A stretch of DNA of 36,310 bases from Candidatus Bipolaricaulia bacterium (GCA_042219045.1 JBDGQO010000015.1:1402-37711), one strand, 5' to 3'; shown: positions 8,802-18,211, numbered from the stretch's first letter. Notes: a model not told the origin generated them from the letters alone. Numbers and translations are program-made.

Positions 8802-9706
8802 CCGACGCCGTGCTCGTACCCTCGGTCCTCGAGCGGCACGACGCCGTGGCGCGTGTCGAGCTGGAGGCCCGCCTCGATCACTTCGCCGATGACGCGGAAC
8901 GGCACGGCTCGCTGGGCTTGATCCAGGGCCTCGGTCGGGACGGTAAAAAGCAGTTCGAAGTCCTCGCCGGTGAAAAGCGCCATGTCTCGGCGGTCGGTCT
9001 CGCTTGCGGCCTTGGCCTCGATCTCGGCCATCATGGGCACGTCGGCTTCCGAGATGTGCGCCCCGACGTCGCTGGCTGCCGCGAGTTGATGCAGGGACCG
9101 AGCCAGGCCGTCACTGATGTCCATCATGCTGCTCACGTACGGCGCCAGCGCCTGGCCCTCGGCGATCCGCGCGGAGAACCGGAACAGCGCGTTCGCCCGG
9201 TCGGCCTGTCCCGACGAAAGGAGATCCATGGCGACCGCCGTGCGGCCCAGCTCGCCCGTAACGCCGACGACGTCGCCCACTTGCGCGCCGCGACGCCGTG
9301 CGGGGGCGCTCGTTTCGCCCAGGGCCGAGCTGCACAGCGTCAGCGAACGGTGCCCGGAGAGGTCGCCGCCGAGGTAGGCGGTGCCGGCATCGGCGCAGCC
9401 GTCGAGGGCCCCGTCCAAGATGCCGTCCATGAGCTCGGCTTCGAACGCGGGCGCGCCCAAGGCCAACAGCACGCCCAAGGGCCGCGCGCCCATGGCGGCA
9501 ATGTCGCTCAGCGACACGGCGACGGCGCGCCAGCCGATCGTGTACGGCGCGATGCCCTCCGGGAGATCGGCCTCGCGCCAGAGCATGTCGGTCGTCCAGA
9601 CCCAAAAGGCGTCGTTGGACGGCATCACGGCGCAGTCGTCGCCGGCGGCCGGGACCCGCGATCCGATCCGCTGCAGCAGTTCGCTTTCGCTCAGGTTGGT
9701 CGGCAT
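8798..9706 (-). CDS. thiL: Thiamine-monophosphate kinase (302 aa)
   Basis: AGDDCAV, TTDML, SLSDIAAMGA, GGDL, MMDISDGL, GEDFELLFT, RGYEH. The start is probably the ATG at 9706. Confidence 0.93.
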   Translation of the reverse strand: MPTNLSESELLQRIGSRVPAAGDDCAVMPSNDAFWVWTTDMLWREADLPEGIAPYTIGWRAVAVSLSDIAAMGARPLGVLLALGAPAFEAELMDGILDGALDGCADAGTAYLGGDLSGHRSLTLCSSALGETSAPARRRGAQVGDVVGVTGELGRTAVAMDLLSSGQADRANALFRFSARIAEGQALAPYVSSMMDISDGLARSLHQLAAASDVGAHISEADVPMMAEIEAKAASETDRRDMALFTGEDFELLFTVPTEALDQAQRAVPFRVIGEVIEAGLQLDTRHGVVPLEDRGYEHGVG

Positions 9707-9833
9707 CGGTTCAAGAGTACGCGAATGCGGTGGCGACGTCCACCGCGGCGGACGATCGACGTTGCCGACACGGCCCCGGCGCTCTGCTAAGATGAGGGCT
9801 TTCGGACTTCGTATCGAAGCGAGGAGGGACGAC

Positions 9834-10739
9834 ATGGTCGATCCGACGACCGTCCGGATGATGGGCGTCCCGAGCGATCTGGGGGCAGGCCGACGCGGCG
9901 TCGACATGGGGCCGAGCGCGATCCGCTACGCCCATCTCGCGGATGCCCTTGAGGACCTCGGCGTTGACTGTCAGGACCAAGGCAACGTCGACGTGCCGCT
10001 GCCGGAGCGCTCGGAGACGCGCCAATCGACGCTGCGCCAGTCGGCATCCGTCCTCAACGTCGCGAGCCGCGTGCGGGCGAGCGTGGCCGAGACGCTGACG
10101 TCCGGCCGGATGCCGCTGGTGCTCGGCGGCGATCACAGCCTCAGCATCGGCACCCTCGCGGGCGTCTGTGCCACTCGGGCGAATCCGGGGGTTCTGTGGG
10201 TGGACGCCCACGGCGACTTCAACACGCCGGAGACGACGCCATCGGGCAACATCCACGGCATGTCACTGGCGTTGGGCTGCGGTCGTGGGGCCCCCGAGCT
10301 TTTGGAGATCTTCCCAGACGGGCGCTTCCTGGATCCCTCGCGGGTGGCGATCATCGGCGCCCGAACGCTCGATCCCGAAGAGCGCGACCTGCTCAAGACG
10401 AGCGGCGTCGCCGTCTTCACCATGTCGGAGATCGACCGGCGCGGCCTTCGCCAGGTGCTGGACGACGCGCTCCGCCAAGTGACCTCCGGAACCGACAGCG
10501 TGCACGTCAGCTTTGACATGGACGTGCTCGATCCGAGCGTCGCGCCCGGGGTCGGCACGCCCGTGGGCGGCGGCCTGAGCTACCGCGAAGCCCATCTGCT
10601 CATGGAGACGGTGGCCGAGTTCGGGGCGCTGGGGTCGCTGGAGATGGTCGAGGTGAATCCCATCCTCGATCACAGTAATCAGACGGGCCAACTGGCCGTG
10701 GAGTTGATTGCGTCGGCGCTCGGCCGCCGCATCTTCTGA
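9834..10739 (+). CDS. rocF: Arginase (301 aa)
   Basis: GAGRRGVDMGPSAIR, GGDHS, DAHGDFNTPETTPSGNIHGM, SFDMD, GVGTP, EVNP. GAGGAGG RBS before the ATG at 9834. Confidence 0.95.
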   Translation: MVDPTTVRMMGVPSDLGAGRRGVDMGPSAIRYAHLADALEDLGVDCQDQGNVDVPLPERSETRQSTLRQSASVLNVASRVRASVAETLTSGRMPLVLGGDHSLSIGTLAGVCATRANPGVLWVDAHGDFNTPETTPSGNIHGMSLALGCGRGAPELLEIFPDGRFLDPSRVAIIGARTLDPEERDLLKTSGVAVFTMSEIDRRGLRQVLDDALRQVTSGTDSVHVSFDMDVLDPSVAPGVGTPVGGGLSYREAHLLMETVAEFGALGSLEMVEVNPILDHSNQTGQLAVELIASALGRRIF

Positions 10740-10765
10740 TCCTGCAGTCAACGCTAAGACGCGCG

Positions 10766-11557
10766 TTACCCGGCAGAACTGGCTTCGGGAACGGGGCGGA
10801 TTTCGTAGAGACGCAGCGGCTCGTCAAAGCCCTTCAGATGGTGATCGCCCTGATCCACGTACTCCAAGCTCGGGACGGGCCCCGCCAGATTTCGGACGAC
10901 GTCGGAGACGAAGACCTGGCCCCCGTGCGCGGTGCTCATGATCCGCTCGGCCATGTTGACCGTCCGCCCGATGACGTCCTGTTCCTCATGGATCGTCTCG
11001 CCCGCATGGATGCCGATGCGGACGTTGAGATCCAGGCCCTGTTCGCGCTGCAAGCGTTGGATCTCGTCCTGAATTTCGGTCATGCATTGCAGCGCGCGAT
11101 GGGCGCTGGCGAAGCTGACCATGAAGCCGTCGCCGAGCTGTTTGATCTCGAGCCCGTTGTGGCGCTGCAGCGCCGAGCGGACGATCTGGTTGTGCTGTGA
11201 CAACAGCTCGCTGGCAGCTTGATCGCCGTGTTGGTCGGCATACGTGGAAAACCCTTCGATGTCGGTGAAGCCGATGACCGCGACGCCGCTGTTCAGGACG
11301 TGTTTTTTGAGCTGCTGCTCCTCTTGCTCGGTCAGTTGGCGCTGCAGCTCGAAGACCTTCTCCATGGCACGGGCCTCGGCCAGCTCCTCGCGCAGTTCGC
11401 TCACTTGTTCGCGCAGCTCGCGGGTTTCCTTCGCATCCCCGCGCAACGACTTGGCCACCTCGGTGATCGTCCAGCTCAGGATAAAGACCACAGGGACCCC
11501 GACGAGCAGCGCCACGAGCGGCCCGATGATCCAGAACCACCACTGATCCCATGGCAT
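10766..11557 (-). CDS. Class III adenylate cyclase with N-terminal TM helix and coiled coil
   Basis: FTDIEGFS, KQLGDGFM, RIGIHAGE, DVIGRTVNMAERI, LKGF. The K and D specificity residues are adenylyl-type. Confidence 0.88.
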   Translation of the reverse strand: MPWDQWWFWIIGPLVALLVGVPVVFILSWTITEVAKSLRGDAKETRELREQVSELREELAEARAMEKVFELQRQLTEQEEQQLKKHVLNSGVAVIGFTDIEGFSTYADQHGDQAASELLSQHNQIVRSALQRHNGLEIKQLGDGFMVSFASAHRALQCMTEIQDEIQRLQREQGLDLNVRIGIHAGETIHEEQDVIGRTVNMAERIMSTAHGGQVFVSDVVRNLAGPVPSLEYVDQGDHHLKGFDEPLRLYEIRPVPEASSAG

Positions 11558-11560
11558 GGG

Positions 11561-12568
11561 TCAACCACCTCCTCCGTCTAACGGGGACTCGACGGCCGCG
11601 CGCGCGGCGTCGATGTTCGCCTCCGGCGTCGTCGTCAGCGTCACGCAGCCCGTGCTGACGATGACGCCCCGATCGTCGGTCTGCCCGCGGGCGTCCTGGA
11701 TGCTGGCTCGAACCCCGTCGGGCGAGGATTCGACGAACGCGTGGCGGTCGATGCCGCCGCAGACGGCCCCGTCGGCCAACATCCGTCGGCCGTTGCCCAG
11801 CGAGGGCTCGGTCTCTCGGTCGTGCCAATTGACGATCTGGACGGGATAGACGCTCGTCAGCCCGAACATGGGGTTCGGGCCGTGCAAATGGAGCAACACA
11901 AATCGGGATCGGGCCCGAACGGCTTCCAGAACGGGCAGGTCGTACTCGACCCCGAATTGACGGTATTCGTCGTCCGAGAGCAGGTCGTGGCTGGCGAATT
12001 GGGTGGCGAAGAAGATGGCGTCGGCGCCGTGATGGAGGCACTCGGCCGCAAAGCGGGCGTTGGTCTCGGCGATGGTCCGCAGGCCGGCCTCCAGGTCATC
12101 CGGATGGGCGCGGAGGTGCTCGAGCATGCGGTCGCCGGCCAGCTGCTTGGCGATGGTGAGCGGGCTGAAGATCGTCGGCATCACCGGAACGTCATTGCCG
12201 ACGCCCTCGCGGATCAGCTCCAACGCGCTCAGCTCGCGCGCGAGGACGGCGTTCTCGTGCAGATCCAACGCGCCGAGCTCGTGCCAGTCCTCTGGTGATT
12301 CGACAACCCGCTGGAGGTAACGCCTGGTCCCTTCGTCGTTGCCGGCGTCCGCCAATCGGGCGCCCCAAGCCTCGGCGGGATAGCCCGATGCCTCGGTCAC
12401 CTTGACGAGGTCGAAGTCGAAACGGGTCTGGAAGTCGACGACCGCGTTCGCCAGGCCGTCGACCGTCTGGTCGTCGCCCGGGAAATGGCGCCAGAGCGCG
12501 ATCGGCGTCCGGTCGGGCGGCTCTTGGGCGATGGCGGCCTCGATCCGTTCGTGATGGGCCATGCTCAT
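11561..12568 (-). CDS. Uroporphyrinogen decarboxylase-like (URO-D/MtaA superfamily) protein
   Basis: PDRTPIALWRHF, TIFSPLT, GADAIFFA, LLHLHG, NWHDR, STGC. Confidence 0.8.
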   Translation of the reverse strand: MSMAHHERIEAAIAQEPPDRTPIALWRHFPGDDQTVDGLANAVVDFQTRFDFDLVKVTEASGYPAEAWGARLADAGNDEGTRRYLQRVVESPEDWHELGALDLHENAVLARELSALELIREGVGNDVPVMPTIFSPLTIAKQLAGDRMLEHLRAHPDDLEAGLRTIAETNARFAAECLHHGADAIFFATQFASHDLLSDDEYRQFGVEYDLPVLEAVRARSRFVLLHLHGPNPMFGLTSVYPVQIVNWHDRETEPSLGNGRRMLADGAVCGGIDRHAFVESSPDGVRASIQDARGQTDDRGVIVSTGCVTLTTTPEANIDAARAAVESPLDGGGG

Positions 12569-12577
12569 GATGCGGGC

Positions 12578-12607
12578 ATGCTACGTTTTGCCGCCTGTGC
12601 TTGACAA
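12578..12607 (-). promoter_or_regulatory. Putative promoter of the URO-D-like/cyclase operon
   Basis: TTGTCA-18 bp-TAGCAT, 9 nt before the ATG at 12568. Confidence 0.5.
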
Positions 12608-12793
12608 CCGGGCCGTTGGCGTCGAACGGGAAGGCAGTCCGCCCTCGAGTCGGCTTTCGCCCTCGGCACGATCGGGGGGCCCGATGCGCCGTCCAGCGTT
12701 GTTGACGGTCTGATAACGGCCGGACGTTAAGGTGGCCTCGACGGGGAGGATATGATGGCGACCTCCTTGATGACCTCCTTTTGAGGAATGGAT

Positions 12794-12824
12794 GAGGGGC
12801 CGAACCGGGTCGGTTCGGCCCCTC
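12794..12824. terminator. Strong 13-bp hairpin downstream of clpC (possibly bidirectional terminator)
   Basis: GAGGGGCCGAACC-GGGTC-GGTTCGGCCCCTC; the U-tract is weak. Confidence 0.6.
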
Positions 12825-12856
12825 GTTCGTTGGTCGGGATGGCAATCGGCGTCGGG

Positions 12857-15331
12857 TCAGTTCGCGGACGGGATCGTCGGTTCGCCCTCTGAAGGGTCAG
12901 TCGGGCGGACGCGCTCGATGACGAGTTCGCCGTCGGCGACGTCCACGCGGGCGAGATCGTTCTCGCGGAGCTGGTCGTCGATGAGCCGATTGGCCAGCTC
13001 GTTCTCCAGCTCGTCGCGGATCACCCGCGTCAACGGTCGAGCCCCGTAGACGGGATCATGCCCGCGCTCGGCCAGGAGGTCCTTCGCCGCGTCGGTGACC
13101 TCGAGGTCGACGCCCTGATCGTCGAGCTTGTCGCTCAGCTCGGCCAGCTTCAACTCGACGATCTGGCGTAGGTGCTTGCGCTCCAGCGGGCGGAAGACGA
13201 GGATCTCATCCAGTCGATTGACGAACTCGGGCCGGAAGGCCTTTCGCACCTCGCCGAGGACCCGGGCGCGCATCTGATCGTAGGAGGTGGGCGCCTCGTC
13301 CGCCTGCCCGTTGGCGCCGGCGTCGAAGCCCATCTTGGCGCTCTCGGTCAACAGTTCGGAGCCGAGGTTGCTCGTCATGATGATGAGCGTGTTCTTGAAG
13401 TCCACCGTGCGGCCCTGACCGTCGGTCAGTCGACCGTCCTCCAGCACCTGCAGCAGCGAATTGAACACGTCGCGATGGGCCTTTTCGATCTCGTCGAGCA
13501 GGATCACTTGGTAGGGCTTGCGCCGCACGGCTTCCGTGAGCTGACCGCCCTCCTCGTGGCCGACGTAGCCCGGCGGGGCGCCGATCAGCCGCGCGACCGC
13601 GTGGCGCTCCATGTACTCGCTCATGTCGACTCGGAGAATGGCGTCCTCGTCGTCGAAGAGGAACCACGCCAGCGCCTTGGACAGCTCCGTCTTGCCGACG
13701 CCGGTCGGCCCCAGAAACATGAACGAGCCGATGGGCCGATCGGGGTCCTTCAGGCCGGACCGAGCGCGCCGGACAGCCTGGCTGATGGAATGGACCGCCT
13801 CGGTCTGGTCGACGATGCGGCTGTGGAGGCGCTCCTCCATGTGGGCGAGCTTCTGGCGCTCCTCCACGATCATCCGCTCGGCCGGAATGCCGGTCCAGAG
13901 CGAGACGACCTCGGCGACGTCCTCGGAGCTGACGTCGACGCGCTCGCGACGGAAGGCCCAGTCGTCGCTGAGCCGTTCGCGCTCGCGCTTCAGGTCGTCC
14001 AGGCGCTCGGCGAGTCGTTGGTGGTGGCGGCTGCCCTCGGCCGTGGTCTCGAGGTCAGCCTCGACGTGGCGAATCCGCATGTCGAGTTCTTCGATCTGGG
14101 GCGCGAACGTCTTATCGATGCGGATCTTGGAGGCCGCTTCGTCCACGAGATCGATCGCCTTGTCGGGCAGGAATCGATCCGTGATGTAGCGCTCGGCCAG
14201 TTCCGCGGCGGTCTCGAGCGCCTCGTCCGTGATGGAGAGCTCGTGGTGCGACTCGATTTGATCGCGGAGCCCTTTGAGGATCTCCACGGTCGCTTCGAGC
14301 GAGGGCTCCTCGATCAGCACCTTCTGGAAGCGGCGCTCCAGCGCCGGGTCCTTTTCGATGTGCCGTCGATATTCGTCCAGCGTCGTTGCGCCGACAACTT
14401 GGAAGGCGCCCCTTGCTAAGGGCGGCTTGAGGATGTTTGACGCGTCGATGGCGCCCTCGGCGCCGCCCGCGCCGACGACGTTGTGCAGCTCGTCGATGAA
14501 GACGATGATCCTGCCGTCGGCCGACTCGATCTCCTTGATGGCGGACTTGAGGCGCTCTTCAAATTCACCGCGGAACTTGGCGCCGGCGACCATGGACGCG
14601 ATGTCGAGCTGCAGGAGCGTCTTGTCCCTCAGCGTCTCGGGCACGTTGCCGTCGGCCATGCGTTGGGCCAGGCCCTCGGCGATGGCCGTCTTGCCGACGC
14701 CGGGCTCGCCGATGAGCACGGGGTTGTGCTTCTTGCGGCGCGAGAGAATCTGGGCCGTGCGCCGAATCTCGCGGCTGCGGCCGACGACGGGATCGAGCTG
14801 GCCCTGGCGGGCCAGCTCCGTCAGGTCCGTGCTGTAGCGCTCCAGGATCTGGTAGCGCTCCTCCGCGTCGCGGTCGGTGACGCGCTGGGATCCGCGGATT
14901 TTCTGGAGCGCGTTGTAGACGAGCTCCGGGTTGAGCCCATATTTGTCCAGGACCTTGCGGAGCTGGGCGTTCGTCTCGCGCGCAACGGCGATGAGCAGGT
15001 GCTCCACGCCGACAAAGTCGTCCTTCAATCGGCTCGCTTCGTTCTCGGCCGACTGGACGAGCGTCTCCAGTCGGGGCGTGACGTAGATCTGCTGGCCGGC
15101 CGTCCGGGAGACCGTCGGCTTGCCCTTGAGCAGCCCGTCGACGTCCTTGACGAGGCCGTCCAAGGGAACGCCGGTCTCTTCGAGGATGTCGCGCCCGACG
15201 CCCTCTTCGGAGGCGAGCACGTAAAACAGATGCTCCACGTCGAGCTGGTTGTGTTGATACTGGCTCAACAGTTCCGAGGCGTCTCGGAACAGGTTCTGCG
15301 CCTGTTCGGTCAGTCGGTCGAAGTGGATCAT
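12857..15331 (-). CDS. clpC: ATP-dependent Clp protease ATP-binding subunit, ClpC-type
   Basis: Repeated Clp N domain; GEPGVGKT; short coiled-coil middle domain; GPTGVGKT; GAPPGYVG; MGF loop (ClpP docking); 824 aa. Confidence 0.85.
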   Translation of the reverse strand: MIHFDRLTEQAQNLFRDASELLSQYQHNQLDVEHLFYVLASEEGVGRDILEETGVPLDGLVKDVDGLLKGKPTVSRTAGQQIYVTPRLETLVQSAENEASRLKDDFVGVEHLLIAVARETNAQLRKVLDKYGLNPELVYNALQKIRGSQRVTDRDAEERYQILERYSTDLTELARQGQLDPVVGRSREIRRTAQILSRRKKHNPVLIGEPGVGKTAIAEGLAQRMADGNVPETLRDKTLLQLDIASMVAGAKFRGEFEERLKSAIKEIESADGRIIVFIDELHNVVGAGGAEGAIDASNILKPPLARGAFQVVGATTLDEYRRHIEKDPALERRFQKVLIEEPSLEATVEILKGLRDQIESHHELSITDEALETAAELAERYITDRFLPDKAIDLVDEAASKIRIDKTFAPQIEELDMRIRHVEADLETTAEGSRHHQRLAERLDDLKRERERLSDDWAFRRERVDVSSEDVAEVVSLWTGIPAERMIVEERQKLAHMEERLHSRIVDQTEAVHSISQAVRRARSGLKDPDRPIGSFMFLGPTGVGKTELSKALAWFLFDDEDAILRVDMSEYMERHAVARLIGAPPGYVGHEEGGQLTEAVRRKPYQVILLDEIEKAHRDVFNSLLQVLEDGRLTDGQGRTVDFKNTLIIMTSNLGSELLTESAKMGFDAGANGQADEAPTSYDQMRARVLGEVRKAFRPEFVNRLDEILVFRPLERKHLRQIVELKLAELSDKLDDQGVDLEVTDAAKDLLAERGHDPVYGARPLTRVIRDELENELANRLIDDQLRENDLARVDVADGELVIERVRPTDPSEGEPTIPSAN

Positions 15332-15345
15332 GGGTTATCCCTCAA

Positions 15346-15372
15346 TTAGCAGTCTCATCATTCGACTGCTAA
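15346..15372. promoter_or_regulatory. CIRCE element (HrcA operator)
   Basis: TTAGCAGTC-N9-GACTGCTAA versus consensus TTAGCACTC-N9-GAGTGCTAA. It lies between the promoter and the clpC start. Confidence 0.9.
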
Positions 15373-15377
15373 CAGGG

Positions 15378-15406
15378 ATGATATCGATCCACCGCCCCGG
15401 CGTCAA
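15378..15406 (-). promoter_or_regulatory. sigma70 promoter of clpC
   Basis: TTGACG-17 bp-TATCAT immediately upstream of the CIRCE. Confidence 0.75.
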
Positions 15407-15876
15407 GGCCCGATCGCGACGCGGGCGCCGATGCTCAGGCCGAACACGAACGTCGGGGAGCCGCCGCCCGTCAAGAGCGTCGAGCTCCCCTCGAGGAAGA
15501 GATCGATCGGCAGCTCGTCCGAAGGGTGTTCCACGCCGACGAGGCCGACAATTCCGGGTCGAACCTCGCCCGTGGCCTTCGAGTAAAGCCCCACGGCGCC
15601 GACTCCGACGAACGGGCTGACGGGAAGATCCAGCAAGGTGTAAGGCCCCATGTAAAACTTCCCCGCGAGGCGCCCCTCGACGGTCACGAGCGGCGCGGTG
15701 AAACCGGGCAGGACTGCGGATCCTTCGAGTCGGATATTGTCGGCCACTTGGACGGAGCCGACGCCGGCGAGCGGAACCTGGAAACCGGCCTGCGGGGCCA
15801 ACGGGGCGGCCGTGCCCGCCCCGCTTCCGATCAACACGATCGCCAATGCGAGCACCAGATATCGTCGAGCCGTCAT
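15403..15876 (-). CDS. Exported hypothetical protein, probable small outer-membrane beta-barrel (157 aa)
   Basis: Signal peptide MTARRYLVLALAIVLIGSGAGTAA, then alternating beta-strand patterns (SPFVGVGAVG, IDLFLEG, FGLSIGARV). Confidence 0.65.
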   Translation of the reverse strand: MTARRYLVLALAIVLIGSGAGTAAPLAPQAGFQVPLAGVGSVQVADNIRLEGSAVLPGFTAPLVTVEGRLAGKFYMGPYTLLDLPVSPFVGVGAVGLYSKATGEVRPGIVGLVGVEHPSDELPIDLFLEGSSTLLTGGGSPTFVFGLSIGARVAIGP

Positions 15877-15969
15877 CTCAGCATAACCTCCTGAAGGCAA
15901 AATGGACGGGCGATTATAGAGGGGCCCGTGGGCAACGGTGCAAACGGGGGTGCTTCCGTGGGGGCGAAA

Positions 15970-16710
15970 TCAGGCGACTTCGGCGAGGGCCTCGTCGGGG
16001 ACGTCGAAGTTGGCGTAGACCTCCTGGACGTCTTCGAGGTCGTCGAGCGCTTCGATGAACCGGACGATCTTGCGAGCATCCCCGCCCTCGAGGGGGACGG
16101 TCGTCTTCGGGACCATCGCCACCTTGGCGTCGGTGATCTCGACGCCTTGATCCTCGAGGCCGGTTTTGACGTCGGAGACGTGTTCCGGCGGACAGGCGAT
16201 CTGGACCTCCTCGTCAAACTCGTCCATGTCCTCGGTGCCGAGGTCGATCGCGGTCATGAGGACCTCGTCCGGGTCTTGCTCGGAGGCGAGCTTGGCGGTC
16301 ACTCGGCCGCGGCGCTCGAAGATCCAGTCGACCGAGCCGTCCATGTCGCCGCCGTAGTCGTCGAAGACGTTGCGGATGGAGGCGACAGCCCGATTGCGGT
16401 TGTCGGTCACGACACGGACCATCACGGCCACGCCGTAGGGGCCGAATCCGTCGTAGATGTATTCCTCGTAGGTGACGCCCGGGAGCTCGCCCGTGGCCCG
16501 CTTGATGGCCCGTTCGATGTTCTCTTTGGGCATGTTGGCCTGCTTGGCCCGCTCCATCGCCTGCGCGAGCTTCGGGTTCTTACCCGGGTCGGGCTCGTCG
16601 CGGGCGGCCATGGTGATCTCCTTGGTCAGCTTGGAGAAGAGCTTCCCACGAGCCGCGTCCTGGCGCGCTTTCTGGTGCTTGATGTTGTCCCACTTGGAGT
16701 GCCCGGCCAT
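15970..16710 (-). CDS. yebC: YebC/PmpR family protein (246 aa)
   Basis: MAGHSKWDNIKHQK, NMPKENIERAIK, TDNRNR, LDDLEDVQEVYAN. Confidence 0.95.
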   Translation of the reverse strand: MAGHSKWDNIKHQKARQDAARGKLFSKLTKEITMAARDEPDPGKNPKLAQAMERAKQANMPKENIERAIKRATGELPGVTYEEYIYDGFGPYGVAVMVRVVTDNRNRAVASIRNVFDDYGGDMDGSVDWIFERRGRVTAKLASEQDPDEVLMTAIDLGTEDMDEFDEEVQIACPPEHVSDVKTGLEDQGVEITDAKVAMVPKTTVPLEGGDARKIVRFIEALDDLEDVQEVYANFDVPDEALAEVA

Positions 16711-16775
16711 GTTGATCGCCTCGTCGCACACGGTAAAATGAACAGTCCCACGATTCAAGTCCCTTGGGGGAATCC

Positions 16776-18068
16776 ATGGCTCCGACCGATGAGCGAGCCT
16801 CGCTGAGCGACACCGAGGCCGTCCGCATCGCCCAGCAGCTCGAACAGACGACGGACGAGCAGGCGGCCGTTCGGACGCTTGCCGAGCTGTCGCCCGAGGA
16901 CGCCGGGGAAGTGCTGCGCCACATGGACGACGAGCGCTCGGCCCAGCTGCTGGCGTCGCTGCGCCAGGGCCGCGCGGCGACGATCCTGGGCGAGATGGCC
17001 CCCGACTCCGCCGTCGACCTCATGGAGGATCTGGGCGATGCGGAGCAGACCGAGCTCTTCGAGCGCATGGAAACCGGCGACGCGGACACCCTCCGCCAGC
17101 TGATCGCCTACGAGCCGGACTCGGCCGGCGGGCTCATGTCGCCGGAGGTGGCGGCACTGCCCGTGCAGCTGACCGTCGAGGAGGCGATTGCGACGTTGCG
17201 TCGCAAGGTCGAGGAAGCGGAGATGATCTACTACGCCTACGTCGTCGACGACCGCCATCGCCTGCTCGGCGTGCTCACCATGCGGGACCTGATCGTGAAC
17301 GACCCCGACACGCCCATCCACGAGATCATGATCGAGGACGTCCTCACCGTGCCGCCGACGATGGACGCCGAGGAGGTCGCGCACCTGTTCAATCGATACA
17401 ACTTCCTGGCGCTGCCCGTCGTCGACGAAAGCCAGCGCCTGTTGGGGATCGTCACCGTCGACGACGTGATTGCTTCCATTCGGGAAGAGGAGACGGAGGA
17501 CATGCAACGCCTCGTCGGCATCGCCGCGGAGGACCGCGTCTTTGATCCGTGGCATCAATCGCTCCGACGCCGACAGCCGTGGCTGCTCATCAACCTCGTG
17601 ACGGCGTTTGCGGCGGCCTTTGTCGTCCAAGTGTTTGAGGGCACGATCGCCCAGATCACGGCGCTGGCCGTGTTGATGCCCGTCATTGCCGGCCAGGGCG
17701 GCAACGCGGGCTCGCAGACCGTGACGGTCGTCGTGCGGGGGATGGCGCTCGGCGAGCTCTCCGCCGGATACGGACGCCGCGTGCTCGTCAAGGAGCTCGT
17801 GCTCGGCGCCCTCAACGGGTTGATCATCGGCGTGCTCGTGGCGATCGTGGCTTCGTTCTGGCAGGGCGACGCGGCGCTCGGGCTGGTTGTCGCGGCGTCC
17901 ATGGTGCTGACGCTCGTGACCGCCGGCGTGGCCGGCGCGGTCGTGCCCCTGGGCCTGCGGATGGTCGGGGCCGATCCCGCGCTGGCTTCGACCGTCGTCC
18001 TGACCACCGTGACCGACGTTTTTGGCTTCCTCTACCTGCTCGGGCTCGCGACCCTGTTGCTGCTATAG
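16776..18068 (+). CDS. mgtE: Magnesium transporter MgtE
   Basis: N domain, CBS pair (SAGGLMSPE, GIVTVDD), GQGGNAGSQ, ADPALAS, TTVTDVFGF. Confidence 0.95.
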   Translation: MAPTDERASLSDTEAVRIAQQLEQTTDEQAAVRTLAELSPEDAGEVLRHMDDERSAQLLASLRQGRAATILGEMAPDSAVDLMEDLGDAEQTELFERMETGDADTLRQLIAYEPDSAGGLMSPEVAALPVQLTVEEAIATLRRKVEEAEMIYYAYVVDDRHRLLGVLTMRDLIVNDPDTPIHEIMIEDVLTVPPTMDAEEVAHLFNRYNFLALPVVDESQRLLGIVTVDDVIASIREEETEDMQRLVGIAAEDRVFDPWHQSLRRRQPWLLINLVTAFAAAFVVQVFEGTIAQITALAVLMPVIAGQGGNAGSQTVTVVVRGMALGELSAGYGRRVLVKELVLGALNGLIIGVLVAIVASFWQGDAALGLVVAASMVLTLVTAGVAGAVVPLGLRMVGADPALASTVVLTTVTDVFGFLYLLGLATLLLL

Positions 18069-18211
18069 CCCGCGGATGACAACGAGCGGAGGGGAGCTCA
18101 ACCATCACGTCGTGCACGCACGGGGGAGCGAGTCGCGGGACGCCGTTCCAGGTCCTATAATCGCGCCCATCGTCCACGTGGGAAGATCGGTTTCTGAGGG
18201 GGAGTCGAAGG

